From a bacterium (GTDB lineage: Bacteria; Patescibacteriota; Patescibacteriia; Magasanikbacterales; GWA2-37-8), in assembly GCA_043810165.1 (NCBI GenBank), contig JBDROJ010000030.1, forward strand, positions 866 through 64,865: a stretch of DNA of 64,000 nucleotides. The letters are read 5' to 3'. The notes beneath the pieces were generated by a model. It was not told where the DNA came from. It did no database searches and saw nothing but the letters and a program-made list of their open reading frames with translations. Positions within the stretch are counted from its first letter, which is position 1, and every line of letters begins with the position of its first letter. Positions 17,073-26,519 of this stretch are shown here, one piece after another. The position numbers and the translations under genes were made by a program.

Positions 17073-18423
17073 AATTTAGCTCAACCTTGCTAAAAAAAGT
17101 TCTGAACCCGTCCGCGTATGCGAGCCAAGAGAGATTGAGCGAGGTCAAAGCCTCGTTTTTTCTTTTTGTTGAGCCAAAATCAAGCGGTTCTAACCCTCTC
17201 ATTTTAGCATTAAAATTTTGAGCGTTGTCGTAAATAGGAAGCAACCAATTATTGACTGTAATTAGCACTTTTTTGTCTTCAATTACTCGGTTCGAACCTA
17301 GATTATTAAGTACCTGTTTTTTCTTGGTGTTATCACCCTCTTTGAATTTTTTTAAAGCATAAGCAGAAAAAATAAACTTTTCTTTGGTCAGTTCAATAAT
17401 TTCTTCCTCGGTTTTTTGTTTGCTATCTTTACCATTAAATTTTTCAACTTGTTTTTTAAGATTGTTTTTTTCTTTCAAAAATTCGTCATCATCCAATAAT
17501 CCTCTGGCTCTCATCATAGTTAATTCAGATAAATTGCTTTCTAACTCTTTAACTTTATCATCTCGGCTATTATCAATTACTTTGTTTTCTTGTTTCACCT
17601 TACCTTTTTGTTTATCTAAATAATCTAAACTCCACTGTAAAAACAATGGGTGCATTTCTAATTTTTCCAGTTTTTTAGTAATATTTTTGGTTATTTCTTT
17701 TTCTTCCACTGATCCTTGTTTACAAACAATAGTTTTTTTCTTATGAGTACAGTGATAATAGTCATAACCTTTGACTTTATTTTTAGCCTTAATATATTTA
17801 GTATGATGTTCTGCTGTAATACCACAACCACAATAATTACATTTAAACATACCTGCATAAGTAAAGTCATGCTTTTTAGGCTTTCTTTTGCAACCTCGTT
17901 TGCCTAATATTTCTTGGATACGATTAAACTCATCTAAATTGAGCAATGGTTTATGCTTACCTTTGCTCTCAAGGCCATTATATACGTTTATACCAGCGTA
18001 AAAGGGGTTAGCTAGTATTTTATACCAACTAGACCGAGATAAAGCCTTACCGCCTGATTTTTTCTTTTTTCTCGTTATATATCCCCAGTCATTATTTAAT
18101 ATATTTAAAACCTCTTGAGCGGTATATGAATTTGTCAGCATTAAATCAAAAGCCTTTCTAAGTAAGACTGATCTTTTTTTATCAACAATAATAGTTCTTT
18201 GCCCTTTTTCTAGCCTAACATCATTCAAATACCCCTCGGGAGCAATACCAGGTCGCCAACCTAAAGATATTTTTTTCTCTAATCCACGTTTAACATCTTT
18301 ACCTAGTTTAGATGAAAAGTATTGAGATTGAGAAAGGGCTAATTGCAACATCATTATACCCTCGGGGGAATTATCAAAATTATATGAGGCAAACTTTAAA
18401 TCATGGATAATCCCTGTTCGCAC
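17065..18423 (-). pseudogene. 5'-truncated large serine recombinase (resolvase catalytic domain missing). The 3' end overlaps a tRNA-3'-like sequence.
   Basis: It contains the recombinase-domain zinc ribbon (CNYCGCGITAEHH...YYHCTHKK) and a coiled coil. The frame is closed immediately upstream of 18423, where the IS fragment starts. The C-terminus ...LSWLAYADGFRT is encoded over aGTTCTGAACCcgtccgcgtatgcgagCCA, which is T-loop-like. Confidence 0.65.
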
Positions 18424-18437
18424 TAAGTAAGTAATAG

Positions 18438-19028
18438 TTGAAGTTTTATCTGGTGGCCATAATGGACTGGTATTCCAGATATGTCATAAGTTGGAAATTA
18501 TCATCTAGCTTAAAATCAGACTTTTGTATTGATTGTTTAAAACAAGCCTTAAAACTGGCTATACCAAATATTCACAATTCAGATCAAGGCGTTCAATTTA
18601 CGGACAAGGAATATATTGCTATACTACAATCAGAACCGACTATTAAAATCAGTATGGACGGGCGCGGGCGGTGCTTTGACAACATATTTACTGAAAGGCT
18701 TTGGCGGAACGTCAAATACGAAGAGGTCTATTTAAATGATTACGAGCCATTTGACGAGGCCAAGGAATCTTTAAATGATTATTTTCATAAATACAACTAC
18801 GAGCGCATTCATGAAAGTCTAAATTACCAAACTCCAGCTGAAGTGTATTTTAGACAAAAAAATCAAAAAAACAACAATGGACAAAAAAACGAAAGCCTAG
18901 AATGGCTTCTAAGCCCCGAGGCCGAAGCCAGACGATATCTGATGCCAAATAATCCAAAAGATTTTATTATTAATAACCAAATAATTCAATTAAATCCAAA
19001 GGTCGAGAAAATCACATTAAATTGTTAA
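18438..19028 (+). mobile_element. IS3-family transposase OrfB fragment (rve/DDE integrase core, N-terminally truncated; TTG start in the ORF track)
   Basis: HNSDQGVQFT ... ISMDGRGRCFDNIFTERLWRNVKYEEVYL ... YNYERIHESLNYQTPAEVY matches the IS3/rve catalytic core. The HTH or OrfA part and the first catalytic Asp are absent. It abuts the truncated recombinase. Confidence 0.7.
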
Positions 19029-19094
19029 TTCGCTGTCCAAAGATTGGGGGGAGGTATATTAATCAATAGTAAATTAAATAATTTCTACTAAAAA

Positions 19095-20783
19095 ATGGAA
19101 CAAAAAAATGCATTTGAAATTTTAAAAACAGGAAGAAATGTTTTTTTAACTGGTTCGGCTGGAACAGGTAAAACATACCTTTTAAATCAATATGTTCAAT
19201 ATCTAAAAAACCATGGTATTGCTCCAGCGATTGTAGCGCCAACAGGTATAGCGGCTTCCCATATCGGAGGAATGACAATCCACTCTTTTTTCGGGATAGG
19301 AATTCAGGAAAACATAAATGAATATATGATTGACAGTCTAATGCAAAAGAAATATGTGTATAAACGCATGGAGAAATTAAAAATTTTGATAATAGATGAA
19401 ATATCCATGGTTTCTCCTGAACTTTTTACTTCAATAGATAAGATACTGCGGGCTTTTAAATTTTCAACAAAACCGTTCGGTGGCGTACAACTAGTATTAT
19501 CCGGAGATTTTTTTCAATTGCCACCAATTAGTAAAAAAAATAAAAAGACCAAATTTGCTTGGCAAATCACCTCATGGGATGAAGCCAATTTGAAAATTTG
19601 TTATCTCAAAGAAAAATTTCGGCAGAGTGGTGGAGTTTTGATTGATATTCTTGATGAAATTCGTTCTAATTCAGTCTCTGAAAATTCCATGAAGGTTTTT
19701 CGTTCTTGTTACAAAAAAGAATTATTGAACGATTTCAAGGTAACCAAACTTTATACTCATAATATAGATGTCGATCGCATAAACAAGGCTAATTTAGAAG
19801 CTCTTTTGGGTGAAATGAAAATTTACCTATCTAAAAATCGTGGATCAAAGAAAAATATTGAAAGAATTTTTAAATCATCGTTGGTAAAGGAGAAATTGAG
19901 TTTAAAAAAAGATGCTGTCGTTATATTTATAAAAAATAATTATGAGCAAGGGTATATTAATGGTACATTAGGTAAGATAGTTGGTTTTAGTAAAATAACT
20001 GGTACACCGATTGTTAAGGTTTTTTCTGGACGTGAAATTACCACTGATTATGAAGATTGGAATTTTGAAAATAAAAAAGGCGATGTAGTTGCAACAGTCA
20101 AACAGATCCCTCTAAGACTTGCTTGGGCTTTAACCATTCATAAATCGCAGGGAATGACTTTAGATGCCGCAGAGATTGACCTCTCTAAAACATTTGAGGT
20201 TGGCCAAGGATATGTAGCGCTAAGTAGAATAAAATCAATTGATGGGCTAAGGTTGATGGGATTAAATAAAATTGCTCTTCAGGTTGATGAACAAGTATTA
20301 AACATCGATCAAAAAATGATGAGACTTTCCAGGTTAAATATACTTAAGTTCAAGTCTTTTTCAAAAAAAGAAAAAGATGAAATGTACAATAACTGTATTA
20401 TACAACATGGCGGTTCAATTGAAAAAAAGATAATTGCTAAATCTGCGATAAAAGAAAATACATTAGAAATGACAAAAAAATTATTGGTAAAGAAAAAAAA
20501 CATCACAGAAATTGCTAAAAAAAGAAAGCTAAGTAGAAATACAATTATTAATCATATTACAAAAATCCATCGTCTCCACCCAAGTTTGGACATATCGTAT
20601 TTGATGCCAAAAGAAAAGATACTGATGAAAGTTTCCAAAGCAATTGATAAAATTAGAATAAAAGAAAATCCTGATAATCTTTCGGAAAAAAGTCAAATTA
20701 AACTAAAGCCTATTTTTGAGTATCTAAACAAAAAGATGATCTATGACGATATTAGGTTGGCACTGGTTTTTTTGTTAAAATAA
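19095..20783 (+). CDS. Pif1/RecD-family SF1 DNA helicase with a C-terminal HTH-like region
   Basis: Walker A LTGSAGTGKT and DEISMV (Walker B). ...IHKSQGMTLD is the Pif1/RecD motif V region. 562 aa. Confidence 0.7.
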   Translation: MEQKNAFEILKTGRNVFLTGSAGTGKTYLLNQYVQYLKNHGIAPAIVAPTGIAASHIGGMTIHSFFGIGIQENINEYMIDSLMQKKYVYKRMEKLKILIIDEISMVSPELFTSIDKILRAFKFSTKPFGGVQLVLSGDFFQLPPISKKNKKTKFAWQITSWDEANLKICYLKEKFRQSGGVLIDILDEIRSNSVSENSMKVFRSCYKKELLNDFKVTKLYTHNIDVDRINKANLEALLGEMKIYLSKNRGSKKNIERIFKSSLVKEKLSLKKDAVVIFIKNNYEQGYINGTLGKIVGFSKITGTPIVKVFSGREITTDYEDWNFENKKGDVVATVKQIPLRLAWALTIHKSQGMTLDAAEIDLSKTFEVGQGYVALSRIKSIDGLRLMGLNKIALQVDEQVLNIDQKMMRLSRLNILKFKSFSKKEKDEMYNNCIIQHGGSIEKKIIAKSAIKENTLEMTKKLLVKKKNITEIAKKRKLSRNTIINHITKIHRLHPSLDISYLMPKEKILMKVSKAIDKIRIKENPDNLSEKSQIKLKPIFEYLNKKMIYDDIRLALVFLLK

Positions 20784-20811
20784 TGAGGTTCAAAAGACAT
20801 TAACTTAGACC

Positions 20812-20841
20812 AAAAAAGCTAGTCTCATGGATTAGCTTTTT
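20812..20841. terminator. Bidirectional rho-independent terminator
   Basis: aaaaAGCTAgtctcatggatTAGCTtttt lies between convergent genes (helicase on plus, 20870 ORF on minus). Confidence 0.55.
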
Positions 20842-20869
20842 AAATATATATAATATCGTTTACACCTAA

Positions 20870-21220
20870 CTACGTTTTCTTAAAATTTACACTAAAAACT
20901 GGTTCATATTCGTTGTCATACTCGTCCTTTACTTGTACGGTTTGTCCTTTCATTAATGTTGTAAGTGCGACGTCATTTAGTACTTCTTTATCAGTTTTTA
21001 TATCAAGTTTTATACTTTCTAGTTTATCAAGTTCTGAAGTAAAACCTTGTTTGATTTCTCCTTCCAAGCTTCTTTTTTTATCTCTTAATACTTTTAGTTC
21101 TTCTGTAATTTCTTGATATTGTTGTGAACTGGCCAAGGCATCTCTGTATATGCTGTTTATCTCTTTTTGTTTTTTCTGTGTTTCTTTAATGCGATTAAAA
21201 ACTTCTTGTAGATTTGACAT
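20870..21220 (-). CDS. Hypothetical coiled-coil protein (116 aa)
   Basis: ORF track only. Charged and heptad-like. Confidence 0.3.
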   Translation of the reverse strand: MSNLQEVFNRIKETQKKQKEINSIYRDALASSQQYQEITEELKVLRDKKRSLEGEIKQGFTSELDKLESIKLDIKTDKEVLNDVALTTLMKGQTVQVKDEYDNEYEPVFSVNFKKT

Positions 21221-21229
21221 AGGTATGTG

Positions 21230-21925
21230 TTATTTCTTTTCTAATTTTATACTATTAATTATCACGCCATTTATTGGGTTGTCGCGTTGATCAACCCGTA
21301 AGTTTTCAATTTTTTCAACCACACCCATGCCGTTGACAACCTCCCCGAAGTTAGTATGTTTTCCATCTAGCCAAGGCGTGGCTTGCGCAGTTACAATAAA
21401 GAATTGGGATCCATTAGTGTCGGGACCGGAATTGGCCATTGCCATACTGCCTTTAACTAATTTATGTTGATTTATCTCATCAGCAAATTTATAACCTGGT
21501 CCGCCGGTGCCGTGCCTGGATCGGTCGTCTTGTTTGCTCAAAGGATCTCCGCCTTGGATCATGAAGTCTTTAATAACACGATGGAATTTTGTGTCATTGT
21601 AAAAACCTTTTTCAGCTAAATCAAGAAAGTTTTTTACAGTGTTGGGTGAATCTTGATTATATAATTTAATGGTGATATCACCCATATTTGTTTTCAAAAC
21701 AACTTGATTGTATTTCTCTAAAATATTATCTGTCGGTGAGGCGATATTTGAATTAGCTTCTTTGCCTTGGTCGTCTGTTGTGGAGATGTCCATAGTGCTT
21801 GTGTTTAATTTAGTTATTTCATTTGAAGGAGTGGTGAAAGTTATTTTAGGCTGATCATTTTGTTGTTTGGCGCACCCGGCGCCTGTCAAAAATAGTATTG
21901 CAATGGCCAGTATTATTTTCTTCAT
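21230..21925 (-). CDS. ppiB: Peptidyl-prolyl cis-trans isomerase, cyclophilin type (lipoprotein)
   Basis: FHRVIKDFMIQGGDP, GTGGPGYKFADE and MANSGPDTNGSQFFI are cyclophilin signatures. N-terminal lipobox LTGAGC. Confidence 0.85.
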   Translation of the reverse strand: MKKIILAIAILFLTGAGCAKQQNDQPKITFTTPSNEITKLNTSTMDISTTDDQGKEANSNIASPTDNILEKYNQVVLKTNMGDITIKLYNQDSPNTVKNFLDLAEKGFYNDTKFHRVIKDFMIQGGDPLSKQDDRSRHGTGGPGYKFADEINQHKLVKGSMAMANSGPDTNGSQFFIVTAQATPWLDGKHTNFGEVVNGMGVVEKIENLRVDQRDNPINGVIINSIKLEKK

Positions 21926-22030
21926 ATTTTGCAGGTTAAGTTTTAAGTTAAATCATTATATCACAAAAAGTTTATTTAACAAAGTCTTTCGAATTGTCTT
22001 TCGAATTGACTTCCTATTCATGAAATTAAA

Positions 22031-22055
22031 AAAACCCACTTGGTGCGGGTTTTTA
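22031..22055 (-). terminator. Terminator-like hairpin downstream of the 1080-aa gene, abutting a repeat copy
   Basis: aaaaaCCCACttggtGCGGGttttt. Confidence 0.45.
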
Positions 22056-22056
22056 C

Positions 22057-22110
22057 GAGATTGCTTCGCTTACGCTCGCAATGACAGATAAGCTCCGATC
22101 GCAATGACAA
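22057..22110. repeat. GTCATTGCGAG-family repeat (half copy C)
   Basis: gagattgcttcgcttacgctcgcaatgacag ... gatcgcaatgacaa. Confidence 0.7.
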
Positions 22111-22114
22111 TAAT

Positions 22115-25100
22115 TTATTCAACAAACTTCCAACCATCATCAGTCTTTACAAAATACCATGCTTCTTTAAGCAGGACAGCGCCCTCGGTTTCATTAAAAC
22201 CTTTATGAACAAAATTAACTTTGGCTACTTGAGTGTATGTTTTTCCAATTTTATCAGCTTTGTATTTGGCTAATATTTCAATCTGCGGTTCAAAGCTTCC
22301 GTCAACTATACTGTATTTTCTTATTTTTTCTGATAGTAATTGATTTTTATCATCCACAAATTTATTGACGCTTAGTCTATTTTTTAATTCTTGGCTAGCA
22401 AATTGATGTACCTTGCTGAATTTACGTTGTTTGTAGTAAGTTTCAATGTTAGCTAGACCCTGTAATAATTGCGGATTGATATGATATATATTTTGTTTTT
22501 TATTTCCAAGCTCAAGATAAAGTACCTTGTTGAATCCAGATCCGGTTATTTTTAATTTATCAGTGGAATAAACATCTACTAATTCAAATTTGCCATCTTG
22601 ATCAACTTCAACTTTTTTATCATTCAATTTAACCACCAAGCCGTCCAAAGCTTTATAATTAATAGGGTCAATAATTTGTCCATTGAATTTATCCAGCTTG
22701 GTCTTAATTTGTTCTTTAAGGATTTGATATTTTTCTTGCTCTGTAATCGTTTGTGTTTTTTCAGCAATGGCTTCTGACAAGCTAAGCTGAATCGTGGTTT
22801 TTGGCACGGTCTCTGTCCCAAGCAAGGTAATTACTATTCCGGCTATGGTCAAGACTGCAATTGTGCTTGAACCGATGCCAACCATGGTGGTCCGAGCGAG
22901 CACGGCCACTATTAGGGCTGTTAAAAATATTAATATATAAATAAATACTGCAAAAGAGCGCGATTCCGAATAAACTTTTTCAGTGGTTTGGTTTAGCTTT
23001 TTAGCCAACTGCAGTCCTTCACTCTTTTTTTCAATTTCAAAACTGCCGAGCTTCACCTCTTTACTTTTTAATTTATCGTCGCTGATAAAGCTTGTTATTT
23101 TATATCTATCAGAAACAAAAATATTTTTTAATTTTAGATTAAACAAGCCGTCTTTGTCCACTTTGGTTTGGAATATTAGAGGAGAACCTTGTTCAGGATA
23201 GATTAATAATTGAATAATGGTGTTTTCTTGAGCATCAGTACCGCCTGCGAGTTCCACATTTTTTTGATTTTCAAGCAACCGCAAGAATTTTGTGAGTTTG
23301 GGCAGGGTTTTTCCGTTGATTTTATCCAAAGTTATTTTACTTGGCAGTTGATTAGCATTCATGCTGACGCCTTGGCCAGTCCAATTGGAAGTTTGATCTC
23401 CGGTTTGCCTATCGTCTATTTCTACAAAGCAATTGTCAACAGCCTGCTGGGTTTGTCCAGTGCTTGTGGTGATGTAAATAATTTTTGTATCAGTTTTTAT
23501 GTCAGTTTTAATTTCTGGGCAGGCTTTGGGTGCTTCACAAACCGGGGCAGTTGGGCAGGTAAGGGTAGGCGGGCATTCTTTTTCTACAAAAATATATGGC
23601 CCGCCACCACCACCGCAGGAAGGACAAGCCGGGCAGTCAGTTGTTATTGTTGTAGTAACTGTGGTGGTAGTATTTTGAGTAACAGTTGTGGTGGTTAAAC
23701 CGACTATAAAAGTGAATAGAGTAGGATTGGGTGAAACGTAGTTTTGACTTGGCGCCATATCACGTGCAGTTATTCTGGTAACCACGGAACGATCTTCTGT
23801 AAAATTAGTCGGTGGATTAATTGTAATTGTGTAGTCGCTGGAATCTCCAGAATAGGTAAATTCAGGATCGGTTTCAGTATAAGAATCATTGTCCACATAA
23901 ACCACCATGCTGTCCAAATGCACACCGGCTCCACTATCAACAACATGAAAAACGATATTAGTAGAAGATGCGTTGCCAGTGGAATAGGCTGTTGGCGTAA
24001 ATCCGCTGATGGTTGGCGGGGCTGTGTCTTCAGTGGTGAAGGAAAAGGTTTCAGCTGGCATGACATTTGGCGTTCCGTTTAAGTCGCTGGCATTAATTTG
24101 TACAGTTACTTCTTCATTTTCAGCAAAATTAGTGCCTGGATCTAATGTTACTAAAATATTGTTAATATTACTGGTATCACAAGTAATTTCACCTGAACTG
24201 CAAGTATAGTTATTTTCTCCTGTGCTGGCGCTGGTGACTCTTACAGTAATAGTACCGCTATTTACACCTTTGCCGGGGATAGAACCGCCATCGTCCTTGT
24301 AATCTTTGACGCGAAAAGTAATATTGGTACTTGTGCTAATATTAGTGGCTGCATCAGCCGGGCTTTTGTTGGTTATATAAGGATCATCATCATCGCTCTC
24401 AGTGGCAAAAGACCATTCTTCAACTACTTGGTGTGCACCAGCATCAGCCAAATCAGATACGGTTACTTCCACTGTATAGGTAGTATCGTATTCATAATAT
24501 CCACCATTTGTTTTAATATTACTATTAGGGTTAACTGTTCCGGAATATTGATAATAACGATTTTGATTGGTTGTTTGTTGCGATCCGGCGGAAGTTGATT
24601 GAGAATACCAAGTACCGCCTGATACTTTCATGCGCGTACTTGCACTTCCGCTGTTGATTCCAGACATTGCGTCATATAAATTAAAAGTTACGTTGCTGTT
24701 AACGGCTATACCAGTAGCACCGCTGACAGGGACAGTGCTGGTAACAATTGGATCGTCAGTATCGGCTAGTAGTTTTAGGCTTAAATTATCTATATCTTGT
24801 AAAATATCAGTGCCTGACCCGCCCGTTTCAGCCAAGTTAGTATCAGTAGTTAGATCTTGCGTGTATTCAAAGGCAGAGCTAAAACTCGAAGATGCAGTTA
24901 AAACTTTCAAATAATAATGTCCGTATAAGCCATTGGAATTGTTAGTAGAAACTCCAGGATTATTATATGCACTTAAATAAAGTTTGCCCAGCGTAGTTGA
25001 TACGCTGTTCCCCTGGCTTGGATAAGTATTGTATAAGCCATCAGTATAAAGTACAGTAGCAACTGTGGAACAGTCGCTTTGTACTACCTGCACAACTGAA

Positions 25101-25357
25101 GTGTCGTAATTGATTTCTACATCGGCGGCATTTGTGTTATATCCGCCAGTATTCACATAAATATTTACTTTAAAACAACGGCCTACATAAAATTCATCGC
25201 TACCATCGCCTTGGCCTTGGGATGCAGAAATACGAAAATACGGGGCAGTGGTTGAAAAAGCCTGTTCAATATATAATGAAATACCAATTATCGCACTTAG
25301 GAAAAATACAAGTAAAATTCCAATAATTTTAAAACGTTTTATCATGTTAATCACCAA
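22115..25357 (-). CDS. Very large (1080 aa) Thr/Ser-rich cell-surface protein with a Cys/Pro-rich knot and internal TM segments
   Basis: N-terminal TM or signal sequence. Long T/S/N-rich beta-rich region. CPACPSCGGGGGPYIFVEKECPPTLTCPTAPVCEAPKACPE. Hydrophobic block FAVFIYILIFLTALIVAVLA... Confidence 0.5.
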   Translation of the reverse strand: MVINMIKRFKIIGILLVFFLSAIIGISLYIEQAFSTTAPYFRISASQGQGDGSDEFYVGRCFKVNIYVNTGGYNTNAADVEINYDTSVVQVVQSDCSTVATVLYTDGLYNTYPSQGNSVSTTLGKLYLSAYNNPGVSTNNSNGLYGHYYLKVLTASSSFSSAFEYTQDLTTDTNLAETGGSGTDILQDIDNLSLKLLADTDDPIVTSTVPVSGATGIAVNSNVTFNLYDAMSGINSGSASTRMKVSGGTWYSQSTSAGSQQTTNQNRYYQYSGTVNPNSNIKTNGGYYEYDTTYTVEVTVSDLADAGAHQVVEEWSFATESDDDDPYITNKSPADAATNISTSTNITFRVKDYKDDGGSIPGKGVNSGTITVRVTSASTGENNYTCSSGEITCDTSNINNILVTLDPGTNFAENEEVTVQINASDLNGTPNVMPAETFSFTTEDTAPPTISGFTPTAYSTGNASSTNIVFHVVDSGAGVHLDSMVVYVDNDSYTETDPEFTYSGDSSDYTITINPPTNFTEDRSVVTRITARDMAPSQNYVSPNPTLFTFIVGLTTTTVTQNTTTTVTTTITTDCPACPSCGGGGGPYIFVEKECPPTLTCPTAPVCEAPKACPEIKTDIKTDTKIIYITTSTGQTQQAVDNCFVEIDDRQTGDQTSNWTGQGVSMNANQLPSKITLDKINGKTLPKLTKFLRLLENQKNVELAGGTDAQENTIIQLLIYPEQGSPLIFQTKVDKDGLFNLKLKNIFVSDRYKITSFISDDKLKSKEVKLGSFEIEKKSEGLQLAKKLNQTTEKVYSESRSFAVFIYILIFLTALIVAVLARTTMVGIGSSTIAVLTIAGIVITLLGTETVPKTTIQLSLSEAIAEKTQTITEQEKYQILKEQIKTKLDKFNGQIIDPINYKALDGLVVKLNDKKVEVDQDGKFELVDVYSTDKLKITGSGFNKVLYLELGNKKQNIYHINPQLLQGLANIETYYKQRKFSKVHQFASQELKNRLSVNKFVDDKNQLLSEKIRKYSIVDGSFEPQIEILAKYKADKIGKTYTQVAKVNFVHKGFNETEGAVLLKEAWYFVKTDDGWKFVE

Positions 25358-26000
25358 TTGAATTAAAGTTAGCTAGTAAATTTGAAATATCAATTGCATT
25401 TACTTCATTGTCTTGATTGAGATCAGCTCGTTCATTATCAGTGCCCCAAGCATCTACTAGTATTGATACATCCAAAGCATTGATTTTATCATCACCGGCT
25501 GTCATGTTAATGTCCCCAGATAGTAAAGGCACTGTACTGCTGTACGTAAAATCCAATGTTGCATTATATCCTAATATTACATTGCTAATTAATCTAGTCA
25601 GATGAGAATATCCTTTGACTGTGATATCATAGGCGTTAGAAGGCGACATGGAAGTAAACAATAAATCATATGAGACGCCAGTGTCTGAACTTGTAGCATT
25701 TGTTTCAAATAAAATGTTATCGGGATTACTTCTATCCGATCCGGCCAAGTAAAGTCTTAAGACCAAGCTAGTGCTTCTATTATAAACGGTGTCATCAACA
25801 TTGGGGATTCTTTTTTCCGGTATTGCTGTTAATACGCCAGTAGGACCAGCTGGGTTAATAACCCCTACGCTAGCTGTTATTGTTTCCGTGTCTGCAAAAA
25901 CATACCTAACAACTGCCAGACTGGATAATATAGCAACAATAACCAATATTAAAATTAATTTGGAATATTTTCTAAACATGCTAAGTATATTATAGCACAT
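25347..26000 (-). CDS. Secreted protein with a C-terminal dockerin-like repeat. It overlaps the 5' end of the 1080-aa gene.
   Basis: N-terminal signal peptide. The C-terminal DLNQDNEVNAIDISNLLANF matches the dockerin DxNxDGxVNxxDxxxL repeat. A weaker first repeat KINALDVSILVDAW precedes it. Confidence 0.45.
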   Translation of the reverse strand: MCYNILSMFRKYSKLILILVIVAILSSLAVVRYVFADTETITASVGVINPAGPTGVLTAIPEKRIPNVDDTVYNRSTSLVLRLYLAGSDRSNPDNILFETNATSSDTGVSYDLLFTSMSPSNAYDITVKGYSHLTRLISNVILGYNATLDFTYSSTVPLLSGDINMTAGDDKINALDVSILVDAWGTDNERADLNQDNEVNAIDISNLLANFNSIGD

Positions 26001-26003
26001 TTT

Positions 26004-26414
26004 TTATTGGGATAGTAGTCTTTTATCCAGAGTCTGATTTACCAGTTTATCAGCTTCTTTGTTCTTTTCCCTATAAATATGATGATAAGATATTTTTTTA
26101 AAAGCACTAGCCGTGTTATAAGCTTTAATAAACAATTTTTGCAGAGCAGGTTCTTTTACTTTGTATTGTCTATTCATCTGTTTGACCACCAGATCGCTAT
26201 CCAAATAGCATGCGACTTCATCAGCGCTCATTTGTTTGGCTTTTTCCAAGCCGGAAATCAGAGCCGAATATTCAGCATAATTATTGGTCTGCTCTCCAAT
26301 ATATTTTCCATAACTGTCCAGAGTTTTTCCGTCTTGGTTTTTGACAACCACGCCAATGGCCGAAGGTCCCGGGTTGTTGCGCGCTCCGCCGTCAGTATAG
26401 ATATTTAATTTCAT
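26004..26414 (-). CDS. rnhA: Ribonuclease HI
   Basis: IYTDGGARNNPGPSAIGVV, ...TNNYAEY..., ...DSDLVV... are the RNase H catalytic D, E, D motifs. 136 aa. Confidence 0.8.
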   Translation of the reverse strand: MKLNIYTDGGARNNPGPSAIGVVVKNQDGKTLDSYGKYIGEQTNNYAEYSALISGLEKAKQMSADEVACYLDSDLVVKQMNRQYKVKEPALQKLFIKAYNTASAFKKISYHHIYREKNKEADKLVNQTLDKRLLSQ

Positions 26415-26431
26415 AGTTTGAATTGAGTTAG

Positions 26432-26488
26432 GTTGTCATTGCTTCGTGGCTTCGCCTGCCTAGCGGGCAGGCTCCTCGCAATGATAGG
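26432..26488. repeat. GTCATTGC-family repeat variant (copy D) with GCCTGCCtagcGGGCAGGC hairpin
   Basis: gtcattgcttcgtggcttcgcctgcctagcgggcaggctcctcgcaatgatagg. The same hairpin recurs at 57290-57310. Confidence 0.65.
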
Positions 26489-26519
26489 TTAATTTAAAAA
26501 ACCTGATATGAATTTATAG

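Noticed and set aside
17384-17907. Plus-strand ORFs inside the truncated recombinase
   Set aside because: Low-complexity Ser/Phe/Leu-rich antisense frames of a Lys/Glu-rich coiled-coil region.
22624-24914. Several ORFs on both strands (22624..22821, 22983..23201, 23210..23698, 23744..24082, 23770..24066, 24009..24209, 24630..24914)
   Set aside because: All are nested within the 1080-aa surface-protein gene. They are frame shadows.
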